DNA of 61,881 nucleotides from Acidobacteriota bacterium (GTDB lineage Bacteria; Acidobacteriota; Vicinamibacteria; Fen-336). The DNA lies in assembly GCA_003222275.1 (NCBI GenBank), contig QHVJ01000077.1, positions 1 to 61,881 of the forward strand, given 5' to 3'. The notes under the pieces were generated by a model. It was not told the DNA's origin. It saw nothing but the letters and a program-made list of their open reading frames with translations, and searched no databases. Positions 53,677-61,881 of the stretch are shown here, piece after piece; position 1 is the stretch's first letter; every line of letters starts with the position of its first letter. The position numbers and the translations under genes are program-made.

Positions 53677-54483
53677 ATGGAGGCGATAGGTACGAGCGGA
53701 CGGGGCCGCGAGCGGTTCGGCGTCCTGGGCGTCTGGATCGACGCCGTCGATCAGCTCCGCGCCCAGGAGGCGATCGAGGGCTGGATCACGGACCGCCAGC
53801 GTCGCTACGTCTGCGTCAGCAACGTCCACTCGGTGATGGAGGCGCGCCGCGACGAGTCCCTCCGCGCGGTCTTCAACGCGGCCGGGCTCGCCGTGCCCGA
53901 CGGCATGCCGCTCGTCTGGGTCGGCCGGCTCCGGGGACGCCACGCGGTGCGCAGGGTGTACGGCCCGGACCTCACCCTGCAGCTCTGCGAGCGCGCCGCG
54001 GGCCGCGGGTTCACGTGCTTCTTCTACGGCGGGGGCCCCGGCGTGGCCGAGAGGCTCGCGGAATCGTTGTCGCGCCGTTTCCCGGGCTTGCGGGTCGTGG
54101 GCGCGGAAGCGCCTCCCTTCCGGCCCCTGACGACGGAGGAAGACGAGGAGGCCATGCGCCGCATCAACGCGGCCTCTCCCGACGTCGTTTTCGTCGGCCT
54201 GGGCTGCCCGAAGCAGGAGCGGTGGATGGCGGAGCACCGCGAGCGCCTCCATGCCCCCGTCCTCCTCGGCGTGGGCGCGGCCTTCGACTTCCACACGGGC
54301 CGGGTACCCCAGGCCCCCCGATGGATGATGGGCGCGGGCCTCGAGTGGCTCTTCCGGCTGTCGCGAGAGCCCCGCCGCCTCTGGCGCCGCTACCTGGTGT
54401 ACAACCCGCTCTTCGTCTTCCACCTCACGCTGGAGCTTCTCGGCCTGCGGCGCTATCCAGTGCCGGCCGACGACTCCGCATGA
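53677..54483 (+). CDS. WecB/TagA/CpsF family glycosyltransferase
   Basis: PDGMP, RVYGPDL, GLGCPKQE, GVGAAFDF, GLEWLFRL..EPRRLWRRY. Confidence 0.93.
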   Translation: MEAIGTSGRGRERFGVLGVWIDAVDQLRAQEAIEGWITDRQRRYVCVSNVHSVMEARRDESLRAVFNAAGLAVPDGMPLVWVGRLRGRHAVRRVYGPDLTLQLCERAAGRGFTCFFYGGGPGVAERLAESLSRRFPGLRVVGAEAPPFRPLTTEEDEEAMRRINAASPDVVFVGLGCPKQERWMAEHRERLHAPVLLGVGAAFDFHTGRVPQAPRWMMGAGLEWLFRLSREPRRLWRRYLVYNPLFVFHLTLELLGLRRYPVPADDSA

Positions 54484-56689
54484 GCAGCGCGAGGACGCAG
54501 AGGGAAAGCGCCATCACGCCGAGGCCGGCCCGCAAACCCGGAGGCTGGTACGCAAGGCGCAGGCGGTGGCTCCCAGCGGGCACGGCCACGGCGCGGTAGT
54601 GTCCCTCGGCGACCGTCACCGCCGCCGGCGCGTCGTCCACCCAGGCTCTCCATCCGGGGGCGTACCCGTCGCGCAGGACGACCTGGGCGGGCGCCTCGGC
54701 GTCCACGGCGAGCTCGACCGCATCGGACGATTCCCGGAGGAGCGTCACGCGGCCGGCCACAGCCGCGCCGCCCGCGTCGACGAGGGCGAGGCGTCCGGGC
54801 CCGGGTGAGGTCACGTCGTAGATGTGGACCGCAACCGGCGCGATGCGAGAGGGAGCGACGACCGCGCGCTCCCGCAGCGCGGGATCCGTCAGCGGATCCA
54901 GGCTCACGACGTGCCCCACGCCGGCCGCCCGCAGCCGGCCGGCGAGCATTCCGATGCGGTCGCAACCGGCGTCACGGCCGGGGGTCGCCGCCAGCGGCAC
55001 CAGGGACGTCAGGTCTTCGCCGAGGGCGGTCGGCACGCGGGCCAGGAGGTTGAAGTCGGGCGTCATCGTCTCCCGGTAGGTCTCGAACGTCCACGCCTCG
55101 TGGTTCTCCGGATGGAGGGCCCGGCCGGCCCAGTACGCTCGGCTGCTCACGGGCTCGCACACGAAAAGGCGGCTCCCGTCCCGCAGCACCGGGAGCTGCG
55201 CGGTCATCTCCGCGGACAGGTGATAGAAGCTGCCGGTGACCATGGGGTTCAGGCCCGCGCCCGTTCGCAAGAGGTCCGCGGCCAGCAGCGCGGCGAGGCC
55301 CATCACCGCCAGGCCGGGCCGGAGACGGCCGCGCAGAACCACCACGGCGATGGCGGCCGCGGCCAGCGCCAACGCACCCCCCGCCGCCGCGTCGTGGAGC
55401 ATGTGGGCGAGCTGCCGCTCGCGCAGCGGCCAGGGCTCATCGGACGGGAAGAAGCCGGCGACGAAATAGCGGACGAAGCCGGGAGCGAGCGCCGGGAGCA
55501 GCAGGCCGCCCGTCAGCGGGCCTCCCAGGGCGAGCCCGGCCGCGGCCAGCCAGCGCCACGCCGGCCGCCGGCCGGACGCCAGCGCATCGACGCCGAGCGC
55601 GGCCAGCAGCGACACGGCCAGATGCACGGTGAAGAACGCCTTGGTCGGAAAGCGGAACCTCCGAACGAGGGGGAGCGCCTCCACGATCGGCCCGATGACG
55701 CCCCAGCGGCCGAGGCAGACCACGACCCCGAATGCGGCGAGGACGATGAGCCGAAGGCGGAGAGTGCGGCCGCACCGCGCGCCCACGGCCGCGACGGCCA
55801 GCGTGGCCGCTCCCAGGTAGAGGCTGAGGAAGTAGGGGAACCCCCGAGGGAAGAAGTTCTCTCCCCACCACCGGTTCGCGACGTCCGACAGATCGCCGTA
55901 GAAGTCCCCGATCACCACCTGCAGCAGGGTCAGGGGGTGCACGGACTGGGCGAGGACCACGGCCGGCGTGAAGCCGCGGCCGCGCTCGCTGACCGCGACC
56001 ACCCCGCTCATGACGCCGGTCGTCGGAGCGGACAGGCCAAGGCCGAGCAGCAGCGCGGCGGTGACACGGAGGATCGCCGCCCGCCGGCCGCTCGGCGGCC
56101 AGGAGAGGACGACGGCGGCCAGGATCGATTGCAGGACGAGCTCCGTGCCCACCGTCGACCACGCCATCGCGGTCGCGATCGCCGCCAGCGCGACGTCCCG
56201 GCCCCCCCCGCCGGCGGCCCGCCGCGCGCCCAGGATGACGAGAGGCGCCCACGCCATGGCCTCGGCGTAGACGTAGAGGTTCAGGCTCGAGAGGCAAAAG
56301 CCTCCCAGCGCGTAGACGAAGCTGCCGGCGGCGGCGGCCACGGGCTCGAGACCGAGGTGGCGGCCGAGGGCCAGGAACGCGAGCGCCGCCAGCGGGACGT
56401 GGAGCGCGAGCACCAGCGAGAGGCCCCACTCGTCGGGGTGGAGGAGCTGGAGCAGCTCGATCGGGTACGAGATGGGCGGGAAGGGCGAGGGGATCCCCTC
56501 GTGAAGGTACGGGTTCCAGTAGCGCAGCTCCGCCGCGCGCAGGCCGTCGAGCGCGAAGCGCCGCAACGGGAAGAAATGGAGCGAGAGGTCGCGGAAGAAG
56601 AACGCGTGGCCGCTCAGCAGGCCGCGCGCGAACGGCAGCGCGGCGACCACGGCAACGACGGCGGCCACGGCGGCGAGCCGCTTGGTCAT
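54425..56689 (-). CDS. YfhO-family polytopic membrane protein (putative GT-C glycosyltransferase)
   Basis: FFRDL..F.P, WNPY..G.P, YLG, RFP; C-terminal PGWRAWVD...AVAVPAGSH..L.Y.P. Confidence 0.8.
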   Translation of the reverse strand: MTKRLAAVAAVVAVVAALPFARGLLSGHAFFFRDLSLHFFPLRRFALDGLRAAELRYWNPYLHEGIPSPFPPISYPIELLQLLHPDEWGLSLVLALHVPLAALAFLALGRHLGLEPVAAAAGSFVYALGGFCLSSLNLYVYAEAMAWAPLVILGARRAAGGGGRDVALAAIATAMAWSTVGTELVLQSILAAVVLSWPPSGRRAAILRVTAALLLGLGLSAPTTGVMSGVVAVSERGRGFTPAVVLAQSVHPLTLLQVVIGDFYGDLSDVANRWWGENFFPRGFPYFLSLYLGAATLAVAAVGARCGRTLRLRLIVLAAFGVVVCLGRWGVIGPIVEALPLVRRFRFPTKAFFTVHLAVSLLAALGVDALASGRRPAWRWLAAAGLALGGPLTGGLLLPALAPGFVRYFVAGFFPSDEPWPLRERQLAHMLHDAAAGGALALAAAAIAVVVLRGRLRPGLAVMGLAALLAADLLRTGAGLNPMVTGSFYHLSAEMTAQLPVLRDGSRLFVCEPVSSRAYWAGRALHPENHEAWTFETYRETMTPDFNLLARVPTALGEDLTSLVPLAATPGRDAGCDRIGMLAGRLRAAGVGHVVSLDPLTDPALRERAVVAPSRIAPVAVHIYDVTSPGPGRLALVDAGGAAVAGRVTLLRESSDAVELAVDAEAPAQVVLRDGYAPGWRAWVDDAPAAVTVAEGHYRAVAVPAGSHRLRLAYQPPGLRAGLGVMALSLCVLALLMRSRRPALDSAAGREAPA

Positions 56690-57229
56690 TCAGGCCAGGG
56701 CGCGCACGGCCCGGGCGGGCACGCCGGCCACGAGTGTCGCGGGGGGCACGTCCTCCGTCACCACGCTGCCCGCGGCCACGAACGAGCCGCGACCCACCCG
56801 CACTCCGGGCAGGAGCGTGACCCCCGCTCCCACGAACGAGCCCGCCTCCACGACCACGGCGGCGGTCCTCGACGGAAAGTGCCGCTGCAGCGGATGGTCG
56901 CGGTATCCGACGTTGGTGTGGGTCAGCACGAGGACACGCTCGGCCAGCGTCACCTGGTCCTCGAGCGAGACCGTTTCCGCGAGGTCGATGAGGCACTCGT
57001 CGCCGAGGAAGCACTCTCTTCCCACCGACAGGCCGCCGAGCCCGCGCCGGTAGAGGTTGAAGAAGCGCACGTCGTGGAGGATCGCGCCGCGGCCGATGTG
57101 CGCCCCCAGCAGGCGTAGCCACAGCGACCGCAGGGGAGGGACGAGCGCGAGGCGATAGGGAACCATGGCCAGCGTCATGAAGCCGAAGCGGGCGGCCCGC
57201 GCGAAGCCGATCTCGCCGAGGGCCTTCAC
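56690..57229 (-). CDS. Hexapeptide-repeat (left-handed beta-helix) acyltransferase
   Basis: GAHIG, LTHT, VGAGVTLLPGVRVG..VAAGSVVTEDVP..VAGVPAR. Confidence 0.88.
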   Translation of the reverse strand: MKALGEIGFARAARFGFMTLAMVPYRLALVPPLRSLWLRLLGAHIGRGAILHDVRFFNLYRRGLGGLSVGRECFLGDECLIDLAETVSLEDQVTLAERVLVLTHTNVGYRDHPLQRHFPSRTAAVVVEAGSFVGAGVTLLPGVRVGRGSFVAAGSVVTEDVPPATLVAGVPARAVRALA

Positions 57230-57913
57230 GCACGACCGTCCCGCAGCTCCCGCCGGAAGGCGCGGAGCTTGCCGAAGTAACGGGCCGAGTCGCGCAGCCC
57301 GCGGACGGTGGAGGTCTTGTCGAAGCGCCGCACGTAGGCGCCCGGCACCTCCGCGACGCGGAGGCCGCGACGCTCGGCGCGGACCATGAACTCCGTGTCC
57401 CAGAACCAGCCGGTGTCGCGGATCTCGTCGAGGACCGGCATCAGCGCCTCGCGGCGAAAGAACTTGTAGCCCGTCTCGGTGTCGTGCAGCGACGTGCCCA
57501 GCATCTTCCGGACGAGGTACGAGTAGCCGCGGCTCATGAAGTAGCGGTCGAGGGAGCGGAGCTGGAAGGCGTAGATCCGCCGCACCGTGGCCACTTCGGC
57601 GCCTTTCTCGATCGCGCGCACCAGGGAGGGGATGTAGCGGGCGTGGACCTCGAGGTCGACGTCGAGGTAGCCGACGATGTCGCCCCGCGCGGCCCGGAAG
57701 CCGTCGCTGACCGTGGCCCCCCGGCCGCGGTTGACGTCGTGGAGGATGACCTGGATGGGGGCCGCGGGATGGGCGGCCACGATGTCGCGGATGATGTCGC
57801 GGGTGCGATCGCGGCTGACGTCGTCGACGAACACGATCTCGTACGGGCGGCCGAGCTCTTCGAGGACCTTTGTAGCAGGCGAGCACCACGCTGAGGCGGG
57901 GGACGCTGGCCAT
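57226..57913 (-). pseudogene. GT2 (DPM1/ArnC-like) glycosyltransferase, frameshifted near 57871
   Basis: MASVPRLSVVLACY in one frame; KVLEELGRPYEIVFVDDVSRD, NRGRG, DVDL, DTETGYK in another. Confidence 0.75.
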
Positions 57914-57917
57914 CGCT

Positions 57918-59051
57918 TCAGGGCAGCGCCTGCTTCAGCGCGGCCACGACGCGCTCGACGTCCCCCTCGCTGAGCCGGGGATGCAGGGGCAGGCGGACGA
58001 GCGTGCGGGCCACGCGGTCCGTCACGGGAAGCTCGCCGGTGGGCCCCAGGCTCCGGCCGTAGGGCGACGAGTGCAGGGGCACGTAGTGGAAGGACGCCAT
58101 CACCCCTCGCGCGCGGAGGCCGGCCAGGCACCGGTCGCGCGTCTCCTCGTCGGGAAGCAGCATATAAAAGAGGTGGTCGTTGCCCTGGCGCTCCGGATCG
58201 ATCGGCGGCAGCCGCGCCTGGTGGGCGTGCGCCCACGCCGCCAGCTCCTCGCGATAGCGCGACACGAGCCGCGCCCGCCGGACCTGGATCTCCTCGAGCT
58301 TGTCGAGCTGGGCGTCGAGCATCGCCGCCAGCACATCGGAGAGCACGTAGCTGCTCCCCTCCGCCACCCAGGTGTACTTGTCGACCTCGCCGCGGAGGAA
58401 CGCGCTGCGGTTGGTGCCCTTCTCCCGGATCACCTCGGCCCGCTCCGCGACACCGGCGTCCGCGAACGTGACCGCGCCGCCCTCCCCGCAGGTGACGTTC
58501 TTCGTCTCGTGGAAGCTGAAGCAGCCCGCGTCGCCGAGGGTGCCCAGCGGGCGGCCGCCAAGCCTCGCGCCGAGGCCGTGAGCCGCATCCTCCACCACCT
58601 TCAGGCGACGGCTACGGGCCAGATCCAGGAGCCTCGCCATGTCCGCGGCGATGCCCGCGTAGTGGACGGGCAGGACGCCCAGGGTGCGGGGAGAGATCCG
58701 GCGCTCGACGTCGGCCGGATCGAGGCCCAGGGTGCGGTCCTCGATGTCGGCGAAGACCGGCCGCGCTCCCACTCGCAGGACGGCGTTGGCGGTGGAGACG
58801 AACGTGAACGAAGGGCAGATCACCTCATCGCCGGGGCCGAAGCCGAGCGCGAGCAGCGCCAGCTCCATGGCGTGGGTGCAGGAGGTGGTGAGGAGCACCC
58901 TCCGGTCGTCGAGCAGCCGCTTCAGGCGCTCTTCGACCTTCAGGCAGAAAGGGCCGTTCCCGGCGACCCGGCCCCTCAGGGCCTGCGCGATGCGATCGGC
59001 TTCCCGGGCATCGAACCAGGCCTCCGACAGCTGGATCGGGGGGGCGGGCAT
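57918..59051 (-). CDS. wecE: dTDP-4-amino-4,6-dideoxygalactose transaminase (WecE/RffA-like)
   Basis: SCTHAME, PSFTFVSTANA, VHYAG, EDAAH, FSFHETKN, GEVDKYTW. Confidence 0.88.
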   Translation of the reverse strand: MPAPPIQLSEAWFDAREADRIAQALRGRVAGNGPFCLKVEERLKRLLDDRRVLLTTSCTHAMELALLALGFGPGDEVICPSFTFVSTANAVLRVGARPVFADIEDRTLGLDPADVERRISPRTLGVLPVHYAGIAADMARLLDLARSRRLKVVEDAAHGLGARLGGRPLGTLGDAGCFSFHETKNVTCGEGGAVTFADAGVAERAEVIREKGTNRSAFLRGEVDKYTWVAEGSSYVLSDVLAAMLDAQLDKLEEIQVRRARLVSRYREELAAWAHAHQARLPPIDPERQGNDHLFYMLLPDEETRDRCLAGLRARGVMASFHYVPLHSSPYGRSLGPTGELPVTDRVARTLVRLPLHPRLSEGDVERVVAALKQALP

Positions 59052-59086
59052 CGGCGGCGTATCCTAGCACGCGGTGCGCCGCACAC

Positions 59087-59115
59087 TTGACAGCATTCCA
59101 GTACCGCGCTAGGAT
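59087..59115 (+). promoter_or_regulatory. Sigma70-type promoter of pilB
   Basis: TTGACA-17 nt-TAGGAT. Confidence 0.65.
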
Positions 59116-59161
59116 CGCGCGACTAAGTGCAAGAGACTACAAGGTTTTCTCGGATCGAGGC

Positions 59162-61018
59162 ATGCCCGTAAAGCTCGGTGAACTCCTGCTGAAGGAGAAC
59201 ATGGTCACTCCTCAGCAGCTCCAGGAAGCGCTTGCCCACCAGAAAATGAACGGGGGCAAGCTAGGCAAGGCCTTCGTGTCCCTCGGCTACGTCCGCGACG
59301 AGGAGATCACGAGCCTGCTCTCGCGGCAGTACGGCGTTCCGTCGATCAACCTCGACCACTTCGAGGTCGACCCCGCCATCATCAAGATCATCCCCGCCGA
59401 AACGGCACGAAAGTACCAGATTCTGCCCCTCTCGCGCTCCGGGGCGACGCTGACGATCGCCATGGCCGACCCCACGAACGTGTTCGCCATGGACGACATC
59501 AAGTTCATGACGGGCTACAACGTGGAGCCGGTGGTCGCCTCCGAGACGTCGCTCGAGGAAGCGATCGACAAGTACTACGGGTCCACGCGCTCACTGCAGC
59601 TCAAGCAGGAGGGCGGCGGCCAGTCGGGCGGGCAGAGCATGGGCTCGGCCGGCCTCAAGCTGGGAGACTCTCCGAGCCTCAAGGAGATGATGGGGGGAGA
59701 GTCGCTCTCCTTCGACGACATGGCCTCTGTCGGCCTCTCCGAAGTGGACATCGATTCCATCGCCGACGAGGAGGCCGACGTCGAGACGGTGAAGACCGAG
59801 GACGAGGAGATCGACCTCGGCGCGCTCGCCAAGTCGTCGGAGGCGGCCCCCGTCATCAAGCTCTCCAACGTGCTCCTCATCGACGCCTTGAAGCGGGGCG
59901 CCTCCGACATCCACATCGAGCCCTACGAGAAGGAGTTCCGCGTCCGGTTCCGCATCGACGGGATCCTCTACAACGTCATGGCGCTGCCGATGAAGCTGCG
60001 CGACCCCCTCATCTCGCGGCTGAAGATCATGGCCAAGCTCGACATCTCGGAGAAGCGCCTGCCGCAGGACGGCCGGATCAAGATCCGGCTCAAGGTCGAG
60101 GACCGGAGCCGCGACATGGACTTCCGCGTCTCCTCCTGCCCGACGCTGTGGGGAGAGAAGGTCGTGCTGCGGCTGCTGGACAAGACGAAGCTGATGCTCG
60201 ACATGACCAAGCTGGGGTTCGAGCCGGAGTCGCTGGAGCGCTTCAAGCGCGCCATCTCCAAGCCCTACGGCATCGTCCTCGTCACCGGCCCCACCGGCTC
60301 CGGCAAGACCAACACCCTCTACTCCGCGATCGCCCAGCTCAACAAGCCGGACACGAACATCATGACCGCCGAGGACCCGGTGGAGTTCAACCTCGTGGGC
60401 ATCAACCAGGTCCAGATCAAGGACCAGATCGGCCTCAACTTCGCGTCCGCCCTGCGCGCGTTCCTGCGCCAGGACCCCAACATCATCCTCGTGGGCGAGA
60501 TCCGCGACTACGAGACGGCGGAGATCGCGGTCAAGGCCGCCCTCACCGGCCACCTCGTCCTTTCCACCCTGCACACGAACGATGCGCCCTCCACGGTCTC
60601 GCGCCTCGTGAACATGGGCATCGAGCCGTTCCTCGTCGGCACGGCCGTGAACCTCATCCAGGCCCAGCGGCTCATCCGGCGCATCTGCGCCAACTGCAAG
60701 GTGGAGAACACCGACATCCCGCACAAGACCCTCATCGAGATCGGCTTCACGCCCGAGCAGGTGGGCACGTTCAAGCTCTACAAGGGCCGGGGCTGCGGGG
60801 TCTGCAACGGCACCGGCTACAAGGGCCGGGTCGGCCTCTACGAGGTGATGGAGATCTCGGAGGGCATCCGCGACCTGATCATGGTCGGGGCGACCGCGGT
60901 GGAGCTGAAGAAGAAGGCGCTCGAGGAGGGCATGCTCACCTTGCGCATGAGCGGCCTGGAGAAGATCAAGGCCGGGGTCACCACGATCGAGGAAGTCCTG
61001 CGCGAGACGGTCCTGTAG
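59162..61018 (+). CDS. pilB: Type IV-A pilus assembly ATPase
   Basis: N-terminal KLGELL/KLG MshEN-like motif, ASDIHIEP, GPTGSGKT, LRQDPNIILVGEIRD, tetracysteine motif. Confidence 0.96.
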   Translation: MPVKLGELLLKENMVTPQQLQEALAHQKMNGGKLGKAFVSLGYVRDEEITSLLSRQYGVPSINLDHFEVDPAIIKIIPAETARKYQILPLSRSGATLTIAMADPTNVFAMDDIKFMTGYNVEPVVASETSLEEAIDKYYGSTRSLQLKQEGGGQSGGQSMGSAGLKLGDSPSLKEMMGGESLSFDDMASVGLSEVDIDSIADEEADVETVKTEDEEIDLGALAKSSEAAPVIKLSNVLLIDALKRGASDIHIEPYEKEFRVRFRIDGILYNVMALPMKLRDPLISRLKIMAKLDISEKRLPQDGRIKIRLKVEDRSRDMDFRVSSCPTLWGEKVVLRLLDKTKLMLDMTKLGFEPESLERFKRAISKPYGIVLVTGPTGSGKTNTLYSAIAQLNKPDTNIMTAEDPVEFNLVGINQVQIKDQIGLNFASALRAFLRQDPNIILVGEIRDYETAEIAVKAALTGHLVLSTLHTNDAPSTVSRLVNMGIEPFLVGTAVNLIQAQRLIRRICANCKVENTDIPHKTLIEIGFTPEQVGTFKLYKGRGCGVCNGTGYKGRVGLYEVMEISEGIRDLIMVGATAVELKKKALEEGMLTLRMSGLEKIKAGVTTIEEVLRETVL

Positions 61019-61031
61019 GAGGAGGTCGCCC

Positions 61032-61881
61032 TTGGCAGTCAGCCTGCACCAGCTTCTGAAGACGATGACGGAGATGGGAGGCACGGACCTCCACGTCACC
61101 ACCAACTCCGCCCCCCAGATCCGCGTGGACGGAAAGCTGCGGCCGCTGGACCTGCCGCCGCTGACCGCGGTCGAGACCAAGCAGCTCGCCTACAGCGTCC
61201 TCACCGACGCGCAGAAGCACCGCTTCGAGGAGAACCTGGAGCTGGACTTCAGCTTCGGCATCAAGGGGCTGGCCCGCTTCCGATCGAACGTCTTCATGCA
61301 GAGGGGCGCGGTGGCCGCCGTCTACCGGACGATCCCCTACGAGATCCGCGACTTCAAGATGCTGGGCCTGCCTCCGGTCGTGGCCGGCATCTGCGACAAG
61401 CCCCGGGGCCTCGTGCTCGTGACCGGGCCCACCGGCTCCGGCAAGTCCACGACCCTGGCCGCGATGCTCGACAAGATCAACAGCGAGCGCCACGAGCACA
61501 TGATCACGATCGAGGACCCCATCGAGTACCTCCACCAGCACAAGAAGTGCGTGGTGAACCAGCGCGAGCTGCACGCCGACACCCACTCCTTCACCAACGC
61601 GCTGCGCGCCGCGCTGCGCGAGGACCCCGACGTGGTCCTCATCGGCGAGATGCGCGACCTGGAGACGATCGAGTCCGCGCTGCGCATCGCGGAGACGGGC
61701 CACCTCACCTTCGCCACCCTGCACACCAACTCGGCGGCCCAGACCATCAACCGCATCATCGACGTGTTCCCCGCCCACCAGCAGTCGCAGGTGCGGGCCC
61801 AGCTGTCGCTGGTCCTGGAAGGGATCATGTGCCAATCCCTGCTGCCCAAGGCGAGCGGCAGCGGGCGCTGCCTCGCCATGG
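61032..61881 (+). CDS. pilT: Type IV pilus retraction ATPase (3'-truncated by window)
   Basis: TTG after AGGAGG; GTDLH, GPTGSGKSTTLAAM, TIEDPIE, ALREDPD, AETGHL, TLHTNSA. Confidence 0.95.
   Translation, partial: MAVSLHQLLKTMTEMGGTDLHVTTNSAPQIRVDGKLRPLDLPPLTAVETKQLAYSVLTDAQKHRFEENLELDFSFGIKGLARFRSNVFMQRGAVAAVYRTIPYEIRDFKMLGLPPVVAGICDKPRGLVLVTGPTGSGKSTTLAAMLDKINSERHEHMITIEDPIEYLHQHKKCVVNQRELHADTHSFTNALRAALREDPDVVLIGEMRDLETIESALRIAETGHLTFATLHTNSAAQTINRIIDVFPAHQQSQVRAQLSLVLEGIMCQSLLPKASGSGRCLAM

Noticed and set aside
56690-57913. 407-aa GT2-acyltransferase fusion
   Set aside because: Artefact of the GT2 frameshift; the middle part is off-frame and the acyltransferase has its own GTG at 57229.

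Overview
GC-rich bacterial chromosomal window; gene content and style suggest an Acidobacteriota-like diderm, which is an inference only. About 55 tightly packed CDSs: an alpha-2-macroglobulin/pbpC pair, a secreted S1-P1-nuclease/alkaline-phosphatase-superfamily fusion, orphan GspC- and GspG-like genes, a PP2C phosphatase, rnc, mnmA/lipA/cysteine desulfurase, an acyl-CoA catabolic operon, glpX, pilMNOPQ followed by lipoproteins, a TPR protein and a roadblock protein, accBC, thiE, folD, a coaE fusion, kdsB-pyrG-kdsA-kdsD-kdsC-lapB, a methyltransferase-rich surface-glycan locus, and pilB-pilT (truncated). No rRNA, tRNA, CRISPR-cas or transposase gene was seen. The most striking unexplained signal is a dispersed family of palindromic elements sharing an ATT(C/G)A(C/T)T hairpin apex on co-varying stems. 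It occurs as a 4x~78-bp tandem array (30625-30930), as solo or deleted copies (3602, 7171, 10443), as a 148-bp element with terminal inverted repeats between accB and accC, and as an in-frame insertion in a thiolase; copies also supply stop codons and a C-terminal tail to host genes. Other notable items are a ~96-aa poly-Asp/Glu protein coupled to lipA, a frameshifted GT2 in an Arn-like aminosugar-transfer module, and probable CTG/ATC and leaderless translation starts. All calls come from reading motifs by eye; no database search was run.
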